A stretch of DNA of 64,000 nucleotides from Patescibacteria group bacterium (lineage in GTDB: Bacteria > Patescibacteriota > Patescibacteriia > SG8-24 > DYFX01), in contig JBAZZB010000001.1 of NCBI GenBank assembly GCA_041659045.1, forward strand, positions 518,234 to 582,233. The letters are read 5' to 3'. Shown piece after piece: positions 56,673 to 64,000 of the stretch. The position numbers and the translations under genes are program-made. Under the pieces are notes generated by a model, which saw only the letters and a program-made list of their open reading frames with translations, was not told the DNA's origin and searched no databases. Position 1 is the stretch's first letter, and every line of letters starts with the position of its first letter.

Positions 56673-57653
56673 TTACCGCTTTTGTTCCCCCTTATGCCAG
56701 TGGCCGTAGATCAGGAACAGGAAAAGCGCCGCTTTGACCGGCAAATGCCCAAGCAGTTCCTTAAAGCCAAAGAAATAGATAGAAATCAGGAAGAGCAGGA
56801 GACCGACGGCCACAGCGGGTCGGAAGGCCGCGCGCATCAGAATACAGAGGGCGACGACCGTTTCGACAACAGCGGCAATAAACACAAAGTGCGCATCACT
56901 CGCTCCGAGAGCCGAAAGGAAATTGAGGTGATACTCGCTGACAAGCGAAATCGCAAACTCCGGATGCAGCCATTTGACTCCTGAAAGAACGAGGAAGTTG
57001 AGACCGACAAGAACGCGGAACGCGTGGTACCCGAGACGCTGCGTTTCGGGGTTGAGCAGCGGCTTCCATGTCGTACGTTCGGAAGGCGTCGTGAGGAAGA
57101 AAATACCGGCGCCGAGTATGAAGAGCTCTTCCATCAAGTCCCAAAACGGCAGCACGGGCAAGCCAGCGAGGAAGAGAACCGCCAGGAGCACTCCAAGTTC
57201 TGAATAGGCGGGTTCAAGAAACAGGAAGAGCGACCCGAGCGCGATCTGAATCATGGCCAACGCGACGCTCCACGGATCGCCGCCGAGGACGAGGCTTGGA
57301 GAAAAAAAAGTTCCTTGAAGACCGGCGCCCATGAGCGAAACGCCGATCGCCACACCGAGCACCGTGCGCGGATTGAATTTGTAGGAGACGAGTTTTAGGT
57401 CGAGCCAGCGCGCCGCCGCGGAACCGTCAAAGCGCCGATCAAGCCAAACGACTCCAAGAAAAACTGTCGCCGCAAGCGCGATGATCGCCGCCGCGAAAAC
57501 AGGACTCACGTACGAAAACACCGACCGCGAAAATTCGACACCCTGATGATCGACATACCATTTCTCGTGTGCGAGCGTGGGCGACGCGGCGGCCGCGAAC
57601 GCGAACACGGCCAACGGCCAGCGTTTCCAATTCCAGCGGAGTTTCATATGCAT
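56673..57653 (-). CDS. Hypothetical polytopic membrane protein (DoxX-like?)
   Basis: Signal/TM followed by multiple hydrophobic helices. Start ATG 57651-57653 or TTG 57680. Confidence 0.45.
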   Translation of the reverse strand: MHMKLRWNWKRWPLAVFAFAAAASPTLAHEKWYVDHQGVEFSRSVFSYVSPVFAAAIIALAATVFLGVVWLDRRFDGSAAARWLDLKLVSYKFNPRTVLGVAIGVSLMGAGLQGTFFSPSLVLGGDPWSVALAMIQIALGSLFLFLEPAYSELGVLLAVLFLAGLPVLPFWDLMEELFILGAGIFFLTTPSERTTWKPLLNPETQRLGYHAFRVLVGLNFLVLSGVKWLHPEFAISLVSEYHLNFLSALGASDAHFVFIAAVVETVVALCILMRAAFRPAVAVGLLLFLISIYFFGFKELLGHLPVKAALFLFLIYGHWHKGEQKR

Positions 57654-57695
57654 GAAGTGTATCACGGGAGTCGTCTTCAAAAGAAAAAACCCGGG

Positions 57696-57926
57696 CTACG
57701 GCACGGGTTTGCAGTGCTTGCAGGGACGCATCCCTGAGGCGATCGCATCTTCCCAATGATGGAAAAACACGCGATTCTTCTTCATGGCGCGCTTGCCGCT
57801 CCAGCAATCGAGCCGACCGAAGATCTTTTGCGTCACGATACCGGCGTACTTACCGGGTTTCTTCGATGCGATGAACTTGCCGTTTTTCCAGATCTTGTAG
57901 CGTCTGATCTTTTTCTTTTCCGACAC
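57696..57926 (-). CDS. Small Ada-like zinc-binding domain protein (76 aa)
   Basis: C-terminal FFHHWEDAIASGMRPCKHCKP matches the Ada N-terminal metal-binding motif (F..EA.AAGFRPCKRC.P). GGAGG RBS 4 nt before a GTG start. Confidence 0.55.
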   Translation of the reverse strand: MSEKKKIRRYKIWKNGKFIASKKPGKYAGIVTQKIFGRLDCWSGKRAMKKNRVFFHHWEDAIASGMRPCKHCKPVP

Positions 57927-57939
57927 GACACCTCCCAAA

Positions 57940-58947
<1,008 letters not shown>

Positions 58948-58957
58948 TCGCGGGAAA

Positions 58958-60949
58958 TTACTTCAGGCCAACAGAGAACTGCCGGTCGGTGCGGAGGTCT
59001 GTGGATAAACGATAGTGCGAATCGCCCCATTGACTCGCGCTTTCCGGGGGCGTCGCGCGCGCTACGTTCTTACCAAAATCGAGGTCGAGCGTCAAACCGT
59101 GTCTGAGCGTGCCTAACTGCTTTTGTGCGTCAAGAACATACGTCCCTGAGCGGATCTGTTTCGCAACCGCCTCCGAAACACGATACTCCATCGTAAGCGT
59201 ACGCGTCTCCCCCGGTTCGATGGAAATAAAGGTGCCGAACACCGTATGCCCGAGTTCTTGCGTGACGTCGATCGTTCCCGGTCGGCGTTTTGGATCGTTC
59301 AATTTGTCGTCGATCATCATCCCTTCACCTTTGATGAGCGTGCTGCCGATCGGCGTATAGAAGCGCGCGTAGGTGCGGTACCGCGTCGTCTTCCAGTTAA
59401 AGCGTCCGTTGTTCTTATACGTGATGCTGGCGCGTGCGACCCACGAATCACCGTCGGGTTTAAGCGTGTAGGAAATATTCCTGTCCAAAACAGCGTCCGT
59501 TTTGAGCGAGGCCAGGTTCGCGTCGATGATTGCTAAGCGATCACCAGGTGCGGAACGGAAGCGTCCCGTCCAACCGCTCGTGTCGGCAAACGCTTGAATC
59601 GTCGAATCGTGAAAGTACGTCATCAAGTGTTTTTCCTTGATGGACTCCTGCGCCACGTCAGCGAGTTGCGAAAGCTGGGAAAGTTTCGTGCTGAGCAAGC
59701 GCTTGATGAGTTCTTGTCCGAGTTTGCCGACGACGTCTTTGCGTTGGGCTTGCGGCGTGCCGTCCGTCCAAAACGCGACCTCGACGCGATACTCGAGTTC
59801 GTCAACAACGTTTTCGGACGTGAAGGTCGAGCCGTCGATGGTAATCGGCCCCGTGATGGCGAGGAGTTTTGAAATAACCGTCGGCGTAATGCCGATCACG
59901 CCATCAAGCGCTTCTTTACCGCCTTCGAGCCGATAAAACTTCTCGACGTTCATGGCGGACACGGCAAAATCCGGCGACCAGTTGGAATCGCGCATGAACC
60001 AGCTCGGCACGCGCAGATATTTCTTGAGAGGCTCGGGCGCCTCTTCGTTCAGATACGCCTCCGAAGGACCGTCGAGCGCGTAAATATCGTCGGTGAAAAA
60101 CTTTGTGATCTCCGCATCAGCAAAATCGAGAATGCCGTAGGTGCCAATAAAACCGCCGCCGGGGCGAAGCTCCGTGTTGTTGAGCATGAGAAAAAGATAC
60201 GTCTTCGGTTCCGGATACCCGAGAATCGACGGCAGCATCGCAAGCGGCGAAAGATCGTGCGTCATGAGATCGCGCATCGTTCGAAGCTGTATCTTGTACG
60301 GTTCGATCGAATCGAGAACACCTTCCGTGAACGGCGTTTTTTCGACGCGATCCCAAGCCGCGAGCGCGCGATCAAGCGACGTGCGCGCGACCGCTAGACG
60401 ATCGGGCGCTTGCGACAGATTCTGCAACAACACGCGCCGCTCATCTCGTGTCAATGAGGAAACGGGTCGCGCGTCAGAGGAAAGGTCGGGCACACCCCCG
60501 AGCGTGGCCCCTCCAGTTTTGAGGACGGCGACCAAATCGGCGCCAACATCAATCGCCTCTTTCAAAGCCAAAGACGCTTCGCGCCCGCCTTCGAGCAAAT
60601 CATAAATACCTTGCAGGTCTTTTTTCAAAAACGGCAGTGCCTTGAACGGTTTGAGTTTTTGCTCCGCGCGCTGCGCGGCTCCGAAACGCTGTGCAGCTTC
60701 TTCCAAACGACCAGAGGCGACGCTGAAGTCGAGCTGTTCCGCCGCCTCCTTGGCGCTAAACAGCGCGTCACGTCCAGCCACCGCTTGGGCGTACACCTCG
60801 CGGGCCGTCAAAAGTGCCGGTACCGCAATAGCAGTGCCAACAACGATCACGAACGCCAAAAGACCCAGCGCGCCATAGAGGACGTATTTCCAAATGTTCC
60901 GCTTCGTTTTTTCTTCGGATCCGAGCAAATTATGGGCGTGCGATTCCAT
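58958..60949 (-). CDS. DUF4012 domain membrane-anchored protein
   Basis: N-terminal TM helix followed by LFLMLNNTELRPGGGFIGTYGIL (the DUF4012 signature). Start at ATG 60947-60949. Confidence 0.65.
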   Translation of the reverse strand: MESHAHNLLGSEEKTKRNIWKYVLYGALGLLAFVIVVGTAIAVPALLTAREVYAQAVAGRDALFSAKEAAEQLDFSVASGRLEEAAQRFGAAQRAEQKLKPFKALPFLKKDLQGIYDLLEGGREASLALKEAIDVGADLVAVLKTGGATLGGVPDLSSDARPVSSLTRDERRVLLQNLSQAPDRLAVARTSLDRALAAWDRVEKTPFTEGVLDSIEPYKIQLRTMRDLMTHDLSPLAMLPSILGYPEPKTYLFLMLNNTELRPGGGFIGTYGILDFADAEITKFFTDDIYALDGPSEAYLNEEAPEPLKKYLRVPSWFMRDSNWSPDFAVSAMNVEKFYRLEGGKEALDGVIGITPTVISKLLAITGPITIDGSTFTSENVVDELEYRVEVAFWTDGTPQAQRKDVVGKLGQELIKRLLSTKLSQLSQLADVAQESIKEKHLMTYFHDSTIQAFADTSGWTGRFRSAPGDRLAIIDANLASLKTDAVLDRNISYTLKPDGDSWVARASITYKNNGRFNWKTTRYRTYARFYTPIGSTLIKGEGMMIDDKLNDPKRRPGTIDVTQELGHTVFGTFISIEPGETRTLTMEYRVSEAVAKQIRSGTYVLDAQKQLGTLRHGLTLDLDFGKNVARATPPESASQWGDSHYRLSTDLRTDRQFSVGLK

Positions 60950-61028
60950 AGAGTCAGTATAACACGCGCACCTTGACAGGAGGCCATGTTCGTGGTCATC
61001 TGATGCCGGACAAACACATGGAGGAACC

Positions 61029-61439
61029 GTGTCCACAAAAAGAAAAGTGCACGAGAGACGATTTCGCAGGAAACAGGCGGCAGCGGCGAAGAAGGCCCGG
61101 CCCTGGTACATCGCCTGTACGATCCTGACTGTTCTGCTGTTCGTTGCCACTATCGGCTTCGCTCCCGCCTGCAAGAAGCGAGAGGAGTACAAGCCTCTCA
61201 CGCCGGAAGAGGAGCGTTCACAGCTCGAAGCGCGTCGGGAACACTTCAACGCGATCAGCTCCGACATCACGTATTTCCGAGAAGCGCGCAGCAACCTCTG
61301 CTTCGCCTACATCTTCCGAACATTCGGCCTTAGCCAATACGCGGTCGGCGGCCCGGCAATGGCATCCGTCGACTGTGCCAAGGTCGAACACCTGCTCATC
61401 AACAGCGCACCGCGCGCCGAATCCCCAACCGCTCCCTGA
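61029..61439 (+). CDS. Hypothetical protein with one TM helix (only plus-strand gene in this cluster)
   Basis: GGAGGA RBS followed by a GTG start. Strong GC3 bias. Basic N-terminus, then a TM helix. Confidence 0.5.
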   Translation: MSTKRKVHERRFRRKQAAAAKKARPWYIACTILTVLLFVATIGFAPACKKREEYKPLTPEEERSQLEARREHFNAISSDITYFREARSNLCFAYIFRTFGLSQYAVGGPAMASVDCAKVEHLLINSAPRAESPTAP

Positions 61440-61440
61440 C

Positions 61441-62265
61441 TCAGGAAGCGGTTTTTTCTTTTCTCGGGAGCGATTGTCCTTTCCACTTCCTGAAATACTT
61501 GATCGCGCTCTGGATATGAATGCGCGAAACTTTGTTCGTAAACGGCGCGAGAAACCAAAGCGTGTCGGCCGATTCTCGCCGATGGTAGTGAATGATTTCG
61601 ATCAGCGGATGATAAACAACTTTCCAACCGCTCGCCCAAAAACGCCGGCACCAGTCTGTGTCTTCAAAGTAGACGAAGAAACGCTCGTCGAAGAAACCCA
61701 CTTCGTCCACTGCCGATCGGCGCACGAACATCGCGGCGCCTTCCACCCAGTCGACATCCGTCGGAGTCACCATGTCCAGATCGCGCAAAAAATAGCGATC
61801 AATTTCATGCTTCGCCTTTGCGGTTTTGCCGAGCGGCGTGCGGCGATAGATGGGAATCCACGGCGACGGAAAACGATGCGCGGATTCTTGGCGCTTGCCG
61901 TCGGGATGCGCAAGTTTCGGGCCGAGCACGCCGACGTCGGAGTGGGCTTCCATGTACGCGAACATCGCTTCGATCGAACCTTCGTTCACCAGCGCGTCGG
62001 GGTTCAACACAAACACATATTTCCCCTTGGCCTTGCGTATCGCAGCGTTATTCCCTGCTGCGAAGCCAACGTTGCGATCGAAAGCGATAAGACGCGCCTC
62101 CGGAAATTCCGCGCGTACCAATTCCGGCAAGCCGTCCTGCGAGGCGTTATCCACGACAAAAACTTCGTAGTTCAAACGGATGCGCGCCAAACGCAAACTT
62201 TTCAAGCCTTGCTTGACCATGCCGCGCGTCTTGTAATTCACGATCACGATGGAAACATCGACCAT
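61441..62265 (-). CDS. GT2 family glycosyltransferase
   Basis: VSIVIVNYKT, VVDNASQDG, DxD-like motifs. Confidence 0.8.
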   Translation of the reverse strand: MVDVSIVIVNYKTRGMVKQGLKSLRLARIRLNYEVFVVDNASQDGLPELVRAEFPEARLIAFDRNVGFAAGNNAAIRKAKGKYVFVLNPDALVNEGSIEAMFAYMEAHSDVGVLGPKLAHPDGKRQESAHRFPSPWIPIYRRTPLGKTAKAKHEIDRYFLRDLDMVTPTDVDWVEGAAMFVRRSAVDEVGFFDERFFVYFEDTDWCRRFWASGWKVVYHPLIEIIHYHRRESADTLWFLAPFTNKVSRIHIQSAIKYFRKWKGQSLPRKEKTAS

Positions 62266-62266
62266 A

Positions 62267-63322
62267 TCAGCGGAACCATTTTCGCATTTCTTTTGCCGTG
62301 GCCTTGCGACGCTTGCGCAATGAGGCGCGTTTCTTCCACATTTTTGGAACGAGACCGAGTGCCTCGAAATACGCACCCAAGGCACGCGGCGCAAAGAAGA
62401 TCGTCGAGAGGAGCTTACCGATCTCGTGCGCGAGAATCCACGGCAGATGAAGAAGTTGATTCAAGCGATCATCATCTTTGACGAGCAGCAGCACATGATT
62501 GCGCGTGGAGAGACGATTCACGAGCGGTGAACGCCCGCGTCGACGCTTGAAAAGCTCAAGCAGCCCCACCTTTTCAGAACCGCCCGTACCGCGATAGTGA
62601 TAGGCCGTTGCTGAGGGAATGTAAAGTGACTTCCAACCGAGCAATCGCAGGCGCCAGGCCGCGTCGACATCTTCCTTGTACGCGAAAAAATCTTCATCGT
62701 AGAATTCGCCATCCGCTTCACGCAGCGATTCAATGGCTTCCGCGCGATACAACGCCAGCGCACCCGACGGACCAAATATTTCTGTCGGCTCGGCGTACGC
62801 AGGGCCGTCAGTCTCCCCTGCCCCGCGATCCGCCGCTCGACGATCGCGGCGCATGCGAAGCCCGGCAGAGTCCAAAACGTCAGAGCGTCGCGGATCACCT
62901 TCCTCTTCGAGACGCGGGTAGACTTTCAAAAGTTTTCCGCAGGCGCTCCCGATTTCGTAACGTCCGTCGATACCTCGCACGAGGTTCTCCAAAAAATCCG
63001 GCTGCAAGATGATATCTGGATTCATCACGAGCGCGTAGCGATCGATCGAGCTGCGTCCTTTTTTATCGTCATCGGACCAACGATTGCGCGCGAGCTCGAC
63101 TGCTTGATTGTGCGCATGGCTGAATCCAAGGTTTTTAAAATTGCGCAAAATGGTCGCTTCCGGAAATCCAGAACGCACAACATCAACCGAACCGTCCGTC
63201 GAAGCATTATCAACGACGGTGAGCGTGAAATCCTTAAATGTTTGCGCGCGAAGCGAATCAACCGCATCTCGGAGCACGCGCGCGTGGTTCCAAGAGACGA
63301 TGTGCACCGAGATTCTTGCCAT
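62267..63322 (-). CDS. GT2 family glycosyltransferase (rhamnosyltransferase-like)
   Basis: ISVHIVSWN, VVDNASTDGS, DEDF motifs. Confidence 0.8.
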   Translation of the reverse strand: MARISVHIVSWNHARVLRDAVDSLRAQTFKDFTLTVVDNASTDGSVDVVRSGFPEATILRNFKNLGFSHAHNQAVELARNRWSDDDKKGRSSIDRYALVMNPDIILQPDFLENLVRGIDGRYEIGSACGKLLKVYPRLEEEGDPRRSDVLDSAGLRMRRDRRAADRGAGETDGPAYAEPTEIFGPSGALALYRAEAIESLREADGEFYDEDFFAYKEDVDAAWRLRLLGWKSLYIPSATAYHYRGTGGSEKVGLLELFKRRRGRSPLVNRLSTRNHVLLLVKDDDRLNQLLHLPWILAHEIGKLLSTIFFAPRALGAYFEALGLVPKMWKKRASLRKRRKATAKEMRKWFR

Positions 63323-63323
63323 A

Positions 63324-64000
63324 TCAGGAATTCTTCTTCTCAAGCACCGTCTTCGGCGTCACCCAAAACCCGAGACGCTTACCCAAAAGCAAACGCGTCT
63401 GCGCGTCGATCGCGGGAACGGAGCCGAAGATGATAAAGGTAAACGGCAAGAGCATCCACTGAAGCAGCATCACGACGTGGAGATATTTGCGCTTATGTTC
63501 CGGACGGCTTGGCAAGAGCGGCAGCGAGAGCACCGCGGAGGCGAAGACGCCAAGCATGGCGCACGTCATGATCCACTGCAACGTGATCGGCGCGTTCTGA
63601 AAGACGATCTCCGGCCGACCCGTAAGACGAGCGATGTTGAAAGGCAGCCAACCGAGCAAGAAGATGAGAAGTGGTGCCGTCGCCCAGGTATACATGCCCT
63701 CCGTGAGCACCCACAGCTTCGCCAAACGCTTGCCGAGCGGAATCGTGGCCGCCTTGGCTTTGAAATTGATGACGAGATACGGAAGATGCTCAGCCCCCCA
63801 AGCCCAGCGTCGCTGCTGCTTATAGAGGTTCACCAAACTGCCGATCCACTTCGGCGCCATGACCGCGTCCATCGAGACCGGCACATAGAGCGGCACGACG
63901 CGGTACTCACCGTCGTAGCGAAGGAAACACTGCAAGAAAATGCGTGAATCTTCAGAGACGACGTCGCGCTGCCAGAAACCGACGTCGACCAGCGCCTTAA
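63324..64000 (-). CDS. Processive GT2 (cellulose/chitin-synthase-like) membrane glycosyltransferase, 5'-partial (continues beyond the window)
   Basis: QQRRWAWG (QxxRW processivity motif) followed by several C-terminal TM helices. The reading frame is open to the window end. Confidence 0.7.
   Translation of the reverse strand, partial: KALVDVGFWQRDVVSEDSRIFLQCFLRYDGEYRVVPLYVPVSMDAVMAPKWIGSLVNLYKQQRRWAWGAEHLPYLVINFKAKAATIPLGKRLAKLWVLTEGMYTWATAPLLIFLLGWLPFNIARLTGRPEIVFQNAPITLQWIMTCAMLGVFASAVLSLPLLPSRPEHKRKYLHVVMLLQWMLLPFTFIIFGSVPAIDAQTRLLLGKRLGFWVTPKTVLEKKNS

Overview
High-GC (~60%) bacterial chromosomal segment in which almost every gene is on the minus strand, tightly packed with many 1-4 nt overlaps. 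No rRNA, CRISPR array, transposase or integrase is visible.

Genes in the window (in coordinate order):
- Polytopic membrane protein.
- Hanks-type Ser/Thr kinase.
- A dcw-like block: murF, a class B transpeptidase (ftsI-like), a TSP3-repeat secreted protein, and rarA.
- tRNA-Pro.
- Pilin-like operon: two-component system, a degenerate PilB/GspE-like ATPase, three prepilin/pseudopilin-like genes, and a DEDDy exonuclease.
- Clan GH-A glycoside hydrolase, GT-B-like protein, Smr-domain protein, nucleotide-pyrophosphatase-family protein.
- Class A PBP with an unusual ~330-aa polytopic N-terminal membrane domain.
- TPR lipoprotein, two methyltransferases, ung, M23 peptidase, GNAT.
- Polyprenol-phosphate sugar synthase (GT2) translationally coupled to a GT-C glycosyltransferase.
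- tRNA-Trp, followed by a lower-GC islet.
- tRNA-Thr/Tyr/Thr with rpmG.
- tpiA, M16 peptidase, glyQS.
- Two paralogous giant cell-surface proteins (~1760 aa, and ~2150 aa split by a 1-nt homopolymer frameshift).
- frr, BNR-propeller lipoprotein, holB.
- An envelope-glycan cluster: GT4, mreB, DUF4012 protein, two GT2 genes, and a partial cellulose-synthase-like processive GT2.

Several TTGACA-N17-TAnnnT promoters and hairpin/T-tract terminators are readable directly.

Gene content suggests a monoderm-like high-GC bacterium: lipoproteins are present, and no secretin or outer-membrane protein genes are seen. Exact taxonomy cannot be determined from the sequence alone.

Most interesting items:
- The frameshift-split giant adhesin-like gene and its paralog.
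- The catalytically degenerate PilB-like ATPase heading a pseudopilin operon.
- The class A PBP with the polytopic N-terminal membrane domain.
- The glycosylation module adjacent to the S/T/P-rich surface proteins.
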